DNA of 56,539 nt from a virus (lineage: Duplodnaviria; Caudoviricetes). Location of the stretch: positions 1 through 56,539 of IMG/VR virus record IMGVR_UViG_3300010052_000139; one strand, given 5' to 3'. A model generated the notes under the pieces. The model was not told where the DNA came from. It searched no databases and worked only from the letters and a program-made list of their open reading frames with translations. The translations under genes were made by a program, and so were the position numbers. Below, in pieces: positions 37,019 through 46,384 of the stretch (within the stretch, counting starts at the first letter, position 1; each line of letters starts with the position of its first letter).

Positions 37019-38125
37019 ATGTTTCAAATCGCTACGCTGCCGGAGCTGCTCGATCGCGCGCGCAAGGCGTTCCGCGGCAATCTCAAGGGCACCGATGCCT
37101 GGCTGTGGCCGAACAATATCTATGTCACCGCCAAGGTTTTGGCGGGGCAGACCTTCGAGATCATGGGTTTCGCCGCGTATATCCAGAAACAGATGTTCGC
37201 GCACACCGCGCCGGATATCGACAGTCTGATGCTTCACGGTGAGGAGTATGGCATTCCGCTCAAGTCGGCCGCCGCAGCGGTCGGCCAGGTTCGGTTGACA
37301 TCGACCGGTGCCTTGACGGTGACGGTCGGCGCCGTGCTGACGCGTAGCGACGGCGTCGATTTCATCGTCGTCGACGGCGGCAATCTGCCGGGCGCTGGGA
37401 CTCTCGATGTCTCGGTGTCTGCTGCGGCGACGGGGCAGTCCGGCAACACTCCGGCTGGCACGCAACTGGTCGCGACGTCCGGCATCGACGGTCTTGTCAC
37501 CGCCGAGGTGCTCGAGCCCGGCCTCGCTTACGGCGCCGACCTCGAGGACATCGAGAGCTATCGTCAGCGGGTCCTGTTTCGCAAGCGCTATCCGCCGCAT
37601 GGCGGCGCTGCCTCCGATTACGTGATGTGGGCCAGCGAAGTCCCCGGCGTCAGCCGTGTGTTCGTCGAGCGCCTGTGGAATGGGCCGGGCACCGTACGGG
37701 TGTTCCTCCTGATGGACGAACTCTACGCCGACGGCGTTCCAACGCTGGCGGATATCGTTCGCGTGCAGAAGCACGTGCAGCAGTTGCAGCCTGCCGGCGC
37801 TGCGGTGACGCTGATGGCGCCGGCGCCGCATCCGATCAACATCACCATTTCCGGCCTCAAACCGAACACGGCTGCGGTGCAGGAAGCGATCCGTGCCGAG
37901 CTGCGCGACATGTTCCGGCGCCGGTCGCGTGTCGCAGGCAACGACGCCAATCTCGACAGTATGCCGTTCCTGGCCTACCCGACGTCGTTCTCGCGCTCAT
38001 GGATCGAGCAGGCGATCTCCAACGCGACCGGTGAAGATCGCAACGTGCTGCTGACCCCTGCCGCCGACGTGCCGTTGCTGATCACCGAGATCGCGACGCC
38101 CGGCACCATCAGCTTCGTTGCGTGA
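37019..38125 (+). CDS. Baseplate J/gp47 protein
   Basis: GADLEDIESYRQR, PPHGGAASDYVMWA, GPGTVRV. Confidence 0.92.
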   Translation: MFQIATLPELLDRARKAFRGNLKGTDAWLWPNNIYVTAKVLAGQTFEIMGFAAYIQKQMFAHTAPDIDSLMLHGEEYGIPLKSAAAAVGQVRLTSTGALTVTVGAVLTRSDGVDFIVVDGGNLPGAGTLDVSVSAAATGQSGNTPAGTQLVATSGIDGLVTAEVLEPGLAYGADLEDIESYRQRVLFRKRYPPHGGAASDYVMWASEVPGVSRVFVERLWNGPGTVRVFLLMDELYADGVPTLADIVRVQKHVQQLQPAGAAVTLMAPAPHPINITISGLKPNTAAVQEAIRAELRDMFRRRSRVAGNDANLDSMPFLAYPTSFSRSWIEQAISNATGEDRNVLLTPAADVPLLITEIATPGTISFVA

Positions 38126-38841
38126 GTGCGATCATGAGTTTCCGTTGTCCGACGCTCGAGGAGGTGCTGGCATCGCTGCTGGCGTTGCTGCCGCGCGGCC
38201 GCGCCTGGCAGACCCACGATGGCGGACCCCGTCCCGGTGCCGTGCCGGGCTTCGCCCCGACCGGGTTCAGCGACGGCTTCGCGACCGACAGCACCAGCGA
38301 TAGCATCCTGTGGCGGTTCTGGAGATCCGTGGCGGATGTGTTCTTTTTTCTCAATCAGCGCCTGTGCGACCTGCGCATGGAGTTCTGGTGCCAGACGCTG
38401 CGCGAAACCCGCGATCAGTGGATGACCGAATACGGCCTGCCGGACGCCTGCGATCCGTTTCCGGATCTGTGCGCCAAGGTGGCGGCGATCGGCGGTACCC
38501 GTTGCGAATACTATCAGGCGATCGCGGCGCGCGCGGGGTGGCGCCTGTTCTGCTTCGACGGCCGAAACATCTGCGGTGCGCGGCCGGGCTCGGCACGGGC
38601 CAAGGCTGGATGCGCGCGGCCGGGTCGCGCCAAACAGGCGGGCTATCTCTACATCCTCGTCGACTTCCCCAACAGCCCGGCGGCCAGCCTGACCTATCGC
38701 AACCGCAAGCCGAAGGCCGGTCACTTCAAGGCGGGCAAGCGCCTGTCATGCTCCGCCGATGCTGCCGACTTTGCACCGATCGAGTGTTTGCTCGCCCGAG
38801 TCGTTCACGCGGAAATCCAGATCATCTATGAGGCGTTTTAA
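38122..38841 (+). CDS. Baseplate protein (Mu gp48/DUF2313-like)
   Basis: LLALLPRGRAW, WMTEYGLPDAC, IECLLARVVHAE. Confidence 0.88.
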   Translation: MSAIMSFRCPTLEEVLASLLALLPRGRAWQTHDGGPRPGAVPGFAPTGFSDGFATDSTSDSILWRFWRSVADVFFFLNQRLCDLRMEFWCQTLRETRDQWMTEYGLPDACDPFPDLCAKVAAIGGTRCEYYQAIAARAGWRLFCFDGRNICGARPGSARAKAGCARPGRAKQAGYLYILVDFPNSPAASLTYRNRKPKAGHFKAGKRLSCSADAADFAPIECLLARVVHAEIQIIYEAF

Positions 38842-38843
38842 AT

Positions 38844-39749
38844 ATGGCTGATATCCTTGGGCCGGCAGATGCCCCGAACTCTGTCACGGTACGTCCGACT
38901 GAGACCCGAACCTTCGCAACGCTGGATACGTTCTTTCAGGACTGCACGTCGCCAACGGCCGACGACGGCACCGATATTCAGGCAGGCTGGCTGAACGGTC
39001 TGATCGCAGCGTGGCGCGCGGTTTGGCGCATGAACGGCACCTTGACGGACGGGACTACCAAAGTGGTGCCGGAGGTCGGCACCGACGACAATGGGCTGGT
39101 GGCGGCAATCCAGCAGTTGGTGCAGCGCGGGCAATTGACCTATGCGGTCGATACCGGCACCAAGAACAACCTGGTGGTCGCGCTCGGCCCGGCGCTGAAG
39201 GAATACAAGTCCGGCGTCGTCATCCGGGTGAAGGCGAAGTTCGCCAACGACGCCGCGACCGTCATCAACGTCAACGGGCTCGGCAATCGCAATATCGTGC
39301 GCACGTCGCTGAGCAACCTCGCGGCCAACGACATCACCGCGAACGGCATCGTCGTGCTGGTCGACGATGGCACGCAGTTCCAGCTGGTGAGCGGCGGCGG
39401 CGGAAGCGGTGTCGGTGCGCAAGGTCCGCAAGGCATTCAAGGTCCGCAGGGCGTGCCCGGCATTCAAGGTCCGCAAGGCATCGCCGGGCCGCAGGGTATT
39501 CAGGGGGTGCCAGGCACGTTCCCGATGACGCCTGGCGCGATCGGATCGTTGGCGCTCGGGCTTGTCACGCCGCAGGGTGGCGGCGCGCTGGCGCCGATGA
39601 TCATTTTTGGACCCTTCGAAAACCACGCGACCGGTTTCACGTTTCCGGGCACATGGCAGACAATTTCTGCCGTTCATGAGAGCACGCCGATCCTCGGCGG
39701 CGGCAACGGCACCGGGCAGGCGGTCGCACTTCTGCAACGTGTCGCGTGA
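38844..39749 (+). CDS. Tail fibre 1 (baseplate anchor, collagen segment, short tip)
   Basis: GTDIQAGWLN anchor, YAVDTGTKN domain, 11 G-X-Y triplets (39414..39512), ends LLQRVA. Confidence 0.85.
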   Translation: MADILGPADAPNSVTVRPTETRTFATLDTFFQDCTSPTADDGTDIQAGWLNGLIAAWRAVWRMNGTLTDGTTKVVPEVGTDDNGLVAAIQQLVQRGQLTYAVDTGTKNNLVVALGPALKEYKSGVVIRVKAKFANDAATVINVNGLGNRNIVRTSLSNLAANDITANGIVVLVDDGTQFQLVSGGGGSGVGAQGPQGIQGPQGVPGIQGPQGIAGPQGIQGVPGTFPMTPGAIGSLALGLVTPQGGGALAPMIIFGPFENHATGFTFPGTWQTISAVHESTPILGGGNGTGQAVALLQRVA

Positions 39750-39781
39750 TCGCGGTTCCATCATTTCAACGGAGGTTATAG

Positions 39782-40000
39782 ATGACTGTTCGAACGCTGA
39801 AGGCTGCGCGCACGCCGCAATATGCCGATCCGCAGAACCGCACGGTGCGGCTGATTGTCGAGTTCGAGGAATTGCTGCATCTCGGCGAGTTGCCGTTTCT
39901 TGCCACTCCGGACGATATCGAGCCGCACGGCCGTGAGATCCTGCAGCGTGCGCTCGATGGTGAGTTCGGCGAGATTGCAGCGTTCGCGCCGACGAACTGA
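39782..40000 (+). CDS. Tail fibre assembly chaperone-like protein
   Basis: PQYAD...V.F...GELPFLATPDDIEPHGREI, directly after fibre. Confidence 0.75.
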   Translation: MTVRTLKAARTPQYADPQNRTVRLIVEFEELLHLGELPFLATPDDIEPHGREILQRALDGEFGEIAAFAPTN

Positions 40001-40012
40001 AAGGCATTGGCC

Positions 40013-41212
40013 ATGAGCATCAGGCACAAGAAAATCGCGACGCGGATCGACAACAACGATCCCGCCGAGGTTCAACCGTCGCACTGGAACGAAGATCACG
40101 ACGTCGACGGCGTGCTTGGTGAATTCACCGAACTTGCCGTTCAGCACAGCGCGATCTTGTGGCTCAACGAAGCGGGGCAGGGCGCGCTGATTCCGATCAC
40201 CGCGACCGCCAAGAACTTCATCTCGGCCGCCACAATTGACGAGATGAACAACATCCTCGGCACGTTGAGTTCGAACAGCCCGAACTTCACCGGCGTGCCA
40301 ACCGCGCCGACGGCGGCCCTCGGCACCAACACGGCACAGATCGCCACCATGGCCGCGTTGAAGGCAATGCGCGACGACATGGTTGCGGCGGCGCCGGGGA
40401 CGCTCGACACCCTCAACGAGATCGCGGCAGCGCTCGGCGACGATGCGAACTTCTCGGCGACGATCACCGCCGCGCTGGGCAACCGGTTGCGCGTCGATGC
40501 TGCGCAGTCGCTCAATGGCACGCAGCAGGCGCAGGGACGAGATAACCTCGGGCTCGGGACCGCAGCCGTTCTCAATGCCGGCACCGGCGCGAACAACGTC
40601 GTGCAGCTCGACGGCAGCGGAAAGCTGCCGGCACTCAACGGGTCGGCGCTCACCAATCTGCCGAGCGGTGCGGCGGGGCCGGGCTACGGTGGAACCAGCA
40701 CCACTAACCTGACGCCAGCGACGGGCGCGAAGACCTTCGCTACGCAAGCCGGCATGGCGTACGAAGCTGGATCGCGCGTGCGTGCCACGTCGCAAAGCAA
40801 TTCGGCAGTGTGGATGGAAGGTTACATCAGCGCCTATTCCGGCGGTTCGATGACCATCAATGTCGATCTGATCGGCACCGCGACCGCGAAGGCGGACTGG
40901 AATCTGTCTATCACCGGCGAGCGCGGCACGCAGGGACCGCAAGGCGTGCAGGGCGCCCAAGGCGCACAAGGCGTGCCCGGCGCCACGGGTGCACAAGGTG
41001 CTACGGGTGCAACTGGTGCCACGGGCGCACAAGGTCCACAGGGGCCTCAAGGCCCGGCGGGGACGTTCCCGCTCTCAGCGAATGGCATCGGTGCCTACTA
41101 CTTCGGGCGCTACCTGTCGGCTATTCCCTATGGCGGCTCGTGGGTCTCTCGCGGCGACTTGATCGACAGCGGCGTCACAGAGCAGTGGACGCTGTTCCAG
41201 CGGGTCGCGTGA
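40013..41212 (+). CDS. Tail fibre 2 (collagen segment, short tip)
   Basis: [50 protein letters not shown], 16 G-X-Y triplets (40916..41059), ends LFQRVA. Confidence 0.88.
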   Translation: MSIRHKKIATRIDNNDPAEVQPSHWNEDHDVDGVLGEFTELAVQHSAILWLNEAGQGALIPITATAKNFISAATIDEMNNILGTLSSNSPNFTGVPTAPTAALGTNTAQIATMAALKAMRDDMVAAAPGTLDTLNEIAAALGDDANFSATITAALGNRLRVDAAQSLNGTQQAQGRDNLGLGTAAVLNAGTGANNVVQLDGSGKLPALNGSALTNLPSGAAGPGYGGTSTTNLTPATGAKTFATQAGMAYEAGSRVRATSQSNSAVWMEGYISAYSGGSMTINVDLIGTATAKADWNLSITGERGTQGPQGVQGAQGAQGVPGATGAQGATGATGATGAQGPQGPQGPAGTFPLSANGIGAYYFGRYLSAIPYGGSWVSRGDLIDSGVTEQWTLFQRVA

Positions 41213-41276
41213 TCAGCGCATCGATTAACCGATGAATGCTGTATCCAGTGACAGGCTGCGCGGGTCTACAGCGGCA
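41212..41276 (-). pseudogene. 3' remnant of a second copy of the 42-aa peptide gene (direct repeat of 41734..41798)
   Basis: 56/65 nt identical by manual alignment; encodes AAVDPRSLSLDTAFIG* versus AGADPRGLSLDTAFIGQSIR*. Confidence 0.7.
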
Positions 41277-41289
41277 GCGCGCAAGACAA

Positions 41290-41502
41290 TCAGTGGATCG
41301 CGCGCTTAAGGAAGCCAATTGCCTTATCTATGTAGAGGTCAATATCACAACTGAAGTCGTTCAAAATATCGCAGGTCGTGCCTGATTGGATCGCCTTGCC
41401 ACGATCGTACATTGGGCCGGGTGATAGAACGACATAAACCATGCAAAAGATGCAGAAACTTACAGCAGATAGCCAAATGACTTTGTGTATGTCGAAATTC
41501 AT
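41290..41502 (-). CDS. 70-aa single-TM protein with VLSPGP motif and Cys pair
   Basis: TAATG coupling to upstream paralogue; VYVVLSPGPMY...CDILNDFSC. Confidence 0.7.
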   Translation of the reverse strand: MNFDIHKVIWLSAVSFCIFCMVYVVLSPGPMYDRGKAIQSGTTCDILNDFSCDIDLYIDKAIGFLKRAIH

Positions 41503-41735
41503 TAGCGGCTGCCCCATGCCCCGTTCGGATTTTCGACCCGCCAGGCTTTCAATTCACGCATGAGGCAGGAATCGTCGTTGGTGTCTTTGCACTTCGCTTG
41601 AGCGCGAGCTTGTTCGTCGAAGCTGTAAAAGTCCGGCCCCGGTGACAGCACAAGGTAGAGGATTCCTGCCAAGCAAATCGCGACGGCGAGCATCCACGTG
41701 CGATGTTTTTGATCTTTATCCATTGGCCTGTTCAT
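41502..41735 (-). CDS. 77-aa single-TM protein with VLSPGP motif and Cys pair
   Basis: TGATG coupling to upstream peptide; LYLVLSPGPDFY...CKDTNDDSC. Confidence 0.7.
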   Translation of the reverse strand: MNRPMDKDQKHRTWMLAVAICLAGILYLVLSPGPDFYSFDEQARAQAKCKDTNDDSCLMRELKAWRVENPNGAWGSR

Positions 41736-41863
41736 CAGCGGATCGATTGACCGATGAACGCTGTATCCAGTGATAGGCCGCGCGGATCTGCCCCGGCAAA
41801 TAGAACGGCGATCAAGGCAAGCGAGAGAATCCCCGCGACGAGGCAAAGTTCAGAAGTGTTCAT
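41735..41863 (-). CDS. 42-aa single-TM micropeptide (not in ORF track)
   Basis: ATGA overlap with polymerase stop; MNTSELCLVAGILSLALIAVLFAGADPRGLSLDTAFIGQSIR. Confidence 0.65.
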   Translation of the reverse strand: MNTSELCLVAGILSLALIAVLFAGADPRGLSLDTAFIGQSIR

Positions 41864-43404
41864 GCGTCGTTATGATTTCTTTGAGGAGAGAGTATTGAAA
41901 CAAGAATGGCAACGCCAAAGCCCCACGATATTTGACCGCCAATCGAGAACGTGGCGCCGAAGATCATTCCTTTTAGAAGGAAGCATCCGAGACTGATTGC
42001 TGCGACCATTGCGACAATGTCGTCAGGCTCGGCAAACAGTTGGCGCCACGCGCTCACGACAACGAACGCTGCGAGGGCGAGCAGCGATATAGCGCTGAAA
42101 ATTCCGCCTTCAGCGAACCTCAGCAAGAACATGTTGTGTGGGGCAGTCAGTTCCGGTTCTACGATCGGATAAACACCGTATCCAATGCCTGTGATCGGAT
42201 GTTTGGAAGCGATGGCAACGCCACGACGCATCGCTTCCATGCGATCGACACCAGAGGCGTCGTAGGAACTGGTTTGCTTGGTTGGATATCGAAGCGTTGT
42301 TATGAATGAGTGAATGCCGTCGACAAAATACTGCACACCACCTGATGGGGTATGAATCAAAAGCAGTGCTGTCAGCGCTGCAATCGGGAGCACACTAAAC
42401 GCTCTAAATGCAACAGCTCGATAGAGAACAATTCCAGCCAGGCCGCACATCACGGCAAGAATGCCAGAGCGCGAATAGACCAATAGGCCAAGATAGAGCA
42501 GAACGAAAAGCGCTACCGCCCAAAGAATCTCCTTCCGCCGATAATACAGACCGGCAGTCAAGGGAATAATGAGGACCCACAGGGAGACAAAATTATCGGT
42601 GTTTCCGTAACCGTTGTCTCCGGCGACTTGCATAAGGGCGACGTGCTTTTTGAGTTCTAGAAACTCGTCCGACAGGAGCGGGATTCCAAAAGCCGTGCCG
42701 CAACAGTCGTTAGCTAAAATCACGCTGCCTTGAGCAATTGCGATCAAGATAAACGAGATCATGAAAAGCTTGAGACAGTGCAGAAGGAACGTGCGGTCGG
42801 GCGCATTGACAGAGAGCGCGTAGATCGCAGCGAAGGGGCATAAGAATTCGAAAATACCCGTTCCGAGCGAGACGGCTGGATAGTCGGAAGCTGATGACGA
42901 CAGTAGCCAACCGACTAGGCCGGTTACGAATGATGCAGCGACAAGCTTGTGGAATTTGAACCTGGCGTTATTGGCGAGGGATGCCGCCGTAACCACCAGA
43001 AGCATGAACACAGCGGGCCTGAACGTTTCAAGCGCGACATTGCCATCCATCAAGAATTTGCGTGACGCCTTCAGCACGAAGGTGTTCTGCAACGGGATCG
43101 CGAATGAGATCAGTAACAGACCGCGCTGTTGCCAGTTCTCATAGCGTTTCAGTAGATCGAATCTGAGCGCGTAGAAATAGCCGAAGATGAGCGCGGGGAT
43201 TTCGATCAAATATCCAGCGACGTAATCAGGGAAGCGGGTCTCAACGAGGGGAAGGGCCCCATAAAGCGCGATGCTAGCAAGCACAATGACAACGAGCGGT
43301 ATGCGCGATCTCGCTGCATCTGATAGGCGACCGTCATGCCGCAACGTCTGGGTGTCTCGCTGGGTTTGATCGTCTCTTGCTTGCATAACCCCGAATATCA
43401 CCAC
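41860..43404 (-). CDS. O-antigen ligase/polymerase (Wzy_C/WaaL) family membrane protein
   Basis: Many TM segments; YSRSG, DRMEAM, HPITGIGYG, PHNMFL..FAEGG; antisense to late operon; TATAAT at 43435..43440 on minus strand; start may be ATG 43386. Confidence 0.88.
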   Translation of the reverse strand: MVIFGVMQARDDQTQRDTQTLRHDGRLSDAARSRIPLVVIVLASIALYGALPLVETRFPDYVAGYLIEIPALIFGYFYALRFDLLKRYENWQQRGLLLISFAIPLQNTFVLKASRKFLMDGNVALETFRPAVFMLLVVTAASLANNARFKFHKLVAASFVTGLVGWLLSSSASDYPAVSLGTGIFEFLCPFAAIYALSVNAPDRTFLLHCLKLFMISFILIAIAQGSVILANDCCGTAFGIPLLSDEFLELKKHVALMQVAGDNGYGNTDNFVSLWVLIIPLTAGLYYRRKEILWAVALFVLLYLGLLVYSRSGILAVMCGLAGIVLYRAVAFRAFSVLPIAALTALLLIHTPSGGVQYFVDGIHSFITTLRYPTKQTSSYDASGVDRMEAMRRGVAIASKHPITGIGYGVYPIVEPELTAPHNMFLLRFAEGGIFSAISLLALAAFVVVSAWRQLFAEPDDIVAMVAAISLGCFLLKGMIFGATFSIGGQISWGFGVAILVSILSPQRNHNDA

Positions 43405-43490
43405 AACCGATCCGAGTAAAATTCGGTTGTTGCGATTATATAGTTCAGCTTTTTAGATATATCTCTGCAACCCCACTAAGGACCATTCGA

Positions 43491-43739
43491 ATGCCCAACC
43501 CTTCGTCGGGAAACCAACCCGCGCGCCTGATTCCCGGATGGAAGGCGAAACTCGGGAAGCTTTGGAGCCTCCGCGTAGCGATGTTCGGCATCGTGTTCTG
43601 GTCCGCGCTGTCGGGGCTCTGGGTGCTGTGGCCGGCTTTCGTCGAGCGCCTGCCGCTGTGGTTCTACGCGGTCGGCGGCATTGCCATGTCGGTGGCCCTC
43701 GGCATCGCCCGCGTTCTCAAGCAACCTGGTCTGGATTGA
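43491..43739 (+). CDS. Holin
   Basis: LIPGWK..LGKLWSLR, two TM segments, ARVLKQP, precedes endolysin. Confidence 0.8.
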   Translation: MPNPSSGNQPARLIPGWKAKLGKLWSLRVAMFGIVFWSALSGLWVLWPAFVERLPLWFYAVGGIAMSVALGIARVLKQPGLD

Positions 43740-43743
43740 ACCC

Positions 43744-44253
43744 ATGAAAACCAAACACAAGGTCGCCGCCGGCGGTTTGTCGGCGGGCGTCATCGCTCTG
43801 TCGGTTGCAATGTTCAACCATTGGGAGGGGCGGAATTATACGGCGGTGCAGCTGCCGTTCGACCCGCCGGGTGTCGTCACAGTGTGCGGCGGCGTCACCA
43901 ACCACGACATCCCGACGCTGAAGGTCGGACAGAAGTTTACCGAGGCTCAGTGCAACGAGCTGATCGCGGGGCTCGTGCCGCGTTACGCCGCGCCGTTGCA
44001 AGTCTGCATTCCTGAATTCACGGCGATGCCGCCGTACCGTCAGGCCGCGCTGATCTCGTTCGTCATCAACCTTGGGCCGTCGCGTGTTTGCAATTCAACT
44101 ATCGCGCCTGATCTGAACGTAGGTCGGGTGCGTCAGGCCTGCGACGCGATGCTGAAATACGTTCTCGCCAACGGCAAGCGTCTGCAGGGCCTCGTCAACC
44201 GTCGCAACGATCCGGTCTGGGGCGAGCGCATGTGGTGCCTGCGGGAGGATTGA
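43744..44253 (+). CDS. Endolysin, GH24 lysozyme with SAR-like N-terminus
   Basis: Gly/Ala-rich N-terminal anchor then WEG...DPPGVVTVCGGVT; ALISFVINLG; GLVNRR. Confidence 0.9.
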   Translation: MKTKHKVAAGGLSAGVIALSVAMFNHWEGRNYTAVQLPFDPPGVVTVCGGVTNHDIPTLKVGQKFTEAQCNELIAGLVPRYAAPLQVCIPEFTAMPPYRQAALISFVINLGPSRVCNSTIAPDLNVGRVRQACDAMLKYVLANGKRLQGLVNRRNDPVWGERMWCLRED

Positions 44254-44255
44254 AC

Positions 44256-44696
44256 GTGGCTTCCTTGTTCTGGACCATTGCGACGTCCGATCTGGCACTG
44301 TGGATCGATGGGGCGATCCTGATTGTCACGGCAATCGTCGGGTGGGTGCCGCTGCTGCGGTGGTTTCCGATTGCTGGGACGTACGTTCCGGTGGCGCGCT
44401 TGGCGTTCATTGGTGTGCTGTTCATATTCGGCATCTGCATCGGGCACCGCATTGCTGACGAAAGCGCGGAGCTGAAGCGGTCGCAGCAGGAGTTGGCGTT
44501 CAAGCAGCTGCAGTTGGATGCGCAGCGTCAGTCAGCGGAGACGGCGGCAGTGCTGCGCAACGAAGCCGAGGCCAGCGCGGCAACGGCGAAACAAAAGGTG
44601 AGAGACTATGAAGCGGTGCTGGCGAAACAGCCTCATGACGATAATTGCACTCTCACCGATGACGATCTTAGGCGGCTGCGGGCCATCGCCCATTAG
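44256..44696 (+). CDS. i-spanin (Rz-like)
   Basis: N-terminal TM segments, coiled coil, C-terminal Cys. Confidence 0.7.
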   Translation: MASLFWTIATSDLALWIDGAILIVTAIVGWVPLLRWFPIAGTYVPVARLAFIGVLFIFGICIGHRIADESAELKRSQQELAFKQLQLDAQRQSAETAAVLRNEAEASAATAKQKVRDYEAVLAKQPHDDNCTLTDDDLRRLRAIAH

Positions 44697-44892
44697 CCCA
44701 GCGCGCATAACGGTCCAGATCCCGCGCGATTGCGAGGAGCTGGCCAAACCCGTTCCGTATCCAGAGACGACGCGGAATGCAAAGATCGACCTGGCGCGTG
44801 AAAGAGCCGCGCATGGCGAAGCCAACACCAATCTCGTCGCAACACGGACCTGTCAGGAACAGCAGCGCCAGCGGTTCGCCAACGGCCAATAG
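44608..44892 (+). CDS. o-spanin lipoprotein (Rz1-like)
   Basis: Overlaps Rz 3' end in another frame; lipobox LGGC; Pro-rich mature part. Confidence 0.7.
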   Translation: MKRCWRNSLMTIIALSPMTILGGCGPSPISPARITVQIPRDCEELAKPVPYPETTRNAKIDLARERAAHGEANTNLVATRTCQEQQRQRFANGQ

Positions 44893-44895
44893 GGA

Positions 44896-45189
44896 GTGGC
44901 CGGAATGGTCGTCGACTATACAATCACAATCGGGAATTTGATCGAGATCGGAAGCATCGTAGGCGGCGGACTGTTAGTTCTGATAACCCTCAGAAACACG
45001 GTGACGAACTTGCAAACCGATGTTGGCGACATGAAGAAGGATATTAGGAAGCTAGGCGACGTGCTGGTGCAAATGGCCGTCACGAGCACGCGTCTCGATA
45101 ACGTCGAACAAGATGTCCGGGACCTGAAGCATGGCCGTGGCTTCATCCAGACTCGTTCGAGTGTCGGAATCGATGGCGAATACGGCTAG
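44896..45189 (+). CDS. Small TM + coiled-coil protein at end of lysis cassette
   Basis: ITIGNLIEIGSIVGGGLLVL followed by heptad repeats. Confidence 0.7.
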   Translation: MAGMVVDYTITIGNLIEIGSIVGGGLLVLITLRNTVTNLQTDVGDMKKDIRKLGDVLVQMAVTSTRLDNVEQDVRDLKHGRGFIQTRSSVGIDGEYG

Positions 45190-45225
45190 AAGGTCTCGCC
45201 CACAAAAATAGCCGCGTGCGAGCGG

Positions 45226-45432
45226 CTAGGCGTGCAGGTTGAGCAATTTGTCGGCGGGTTGACGCGTTGGTGGGTGTAGTTTTTCCAGCAGTGCGATTTC
45301 TTGATTGACGGCCTCAAGCGCGGCCATGTCGAGAAGTCTTACGAGAAGAGGAAATTTCGCTGCTTTCGCGATCTTGAGAAGTTCAAGGCATTCAGCGCGG
45401 ATCGTTCGCGCATGTTCGAGCTTTTTTCTCAT
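45226..45432 (-). CDS. Small helical hypothetical protein
   Basis: LLKIAKAAKFPLLVRLLDMAALEA pattern seen in small rhizobial proteins. Confidence 0.55.
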   Translation of the reverse strand: MRKKLEHARTIRAECLELLKIAKAAKFPLLVRLLDMAALEAVNQEIALLEKLHPPTRQPADKLLNLHA

Positions 45433-45586
45433 TGTTTGCCCCATCGTGGCGGGAAGCAATAAGGCTGACGAGATTCGCAAAGCAATTCAATACCAACTGA
45501 AGTATGCGGTCAGTTTGTCCTCCGCTTTGCAGGCGGTGTCGACTTTCGTTTTGCCGCGGGCAGTCCGGCAAGCTTTTCCGTCAACG

Positions 45587-46204
45587 TCAGCAGCGAACGG
45601 CGTGTCGGTCGGTCATTGATTGCTTCAAATGCCTGCACGAGCCGAAGCGTTTCCTTGGTGCGTACATCCTGAGCCATTGCTTATCCTCCACAGCGCCGAG
45701 CTTAGGCGAATTACCGGTGTGCTGCCAGTAGCAACAATAGTCACATAGACACTCCGAGGTTTGTCTATGCGCACAGTTTGCTGGCGGTGGCACTGTTGTG
45801 CATGCCGAATTCGGCGCGTTCCGAAATCGTGGCGCATCCGATTGGGTGCACCAAGTGAGCTTTCTGCGCCTGCGGCGCTGCGGTCAAGGTTTTTGGAGAG
45901 CCCATCCGTGAACTGTGGCTTGCAAGAGCGTGGTATCGTTTCCCTCGGTCGCATCCGACGCCAGGAATGGTCGCAGTTCGTAAGCGGATTGGCGGTGGTC
46001 TTGGTCCAGCAGATCCGCCGGCAGGCAGCCTCCGCGCTTGATGATGTAACGAAGCCAAGCCCCAGCCCCGGCGACCGGAAAGAGGATTGCGCCAAAAGAA
46101 CCGGTGCAGGAGGCTTCCATTTCGAGCGCCTCAGTCCAACGGGACGAGTCAATAGCCGCCGCGGTCAGAGCTTGCGTCAGGCGCGTAATATCAAACGGCA
46201 GCAT
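45587..46204 (-). pseudogene. Degraded N-terminal part of a LuxR-type sensor/regulator
   Basis: AAAIDSSRWTEALE...TGSFGAILFP start, then frame breaks; no HTH remains. Confidence 0.4.
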
Positions 46205-46384
46205 CGTGCGAGTATCTCAGGGATAAAATGAGAGATCCTCATGTTGGCGAAGGCGACGATGTCAATCAAGTGACTGCCCCGATGGTGCAGTTCGGCGATT
46301 TCTCCTTCGTGGAACTCGACCCGGACGTGTTAAGTTAAGTGGGATCAAGGTGCGAAGTTGCGTTGTGTTCCATGGAGGATCCTC

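Noticed and set aside
38844-41212. Invertible tail-fibre switch
   Set aside because: Both fibre genes are on the same strand; no invertase or flanking inverted repeats seen
41212-41798. Direct repeats as a CRISPR array or DGR template/variable repeat
   Set aside because: Only two copies, differences are not adenine-specific, and there is no reverse transcriptase or cas gene; better explained as a duplicated coding segment
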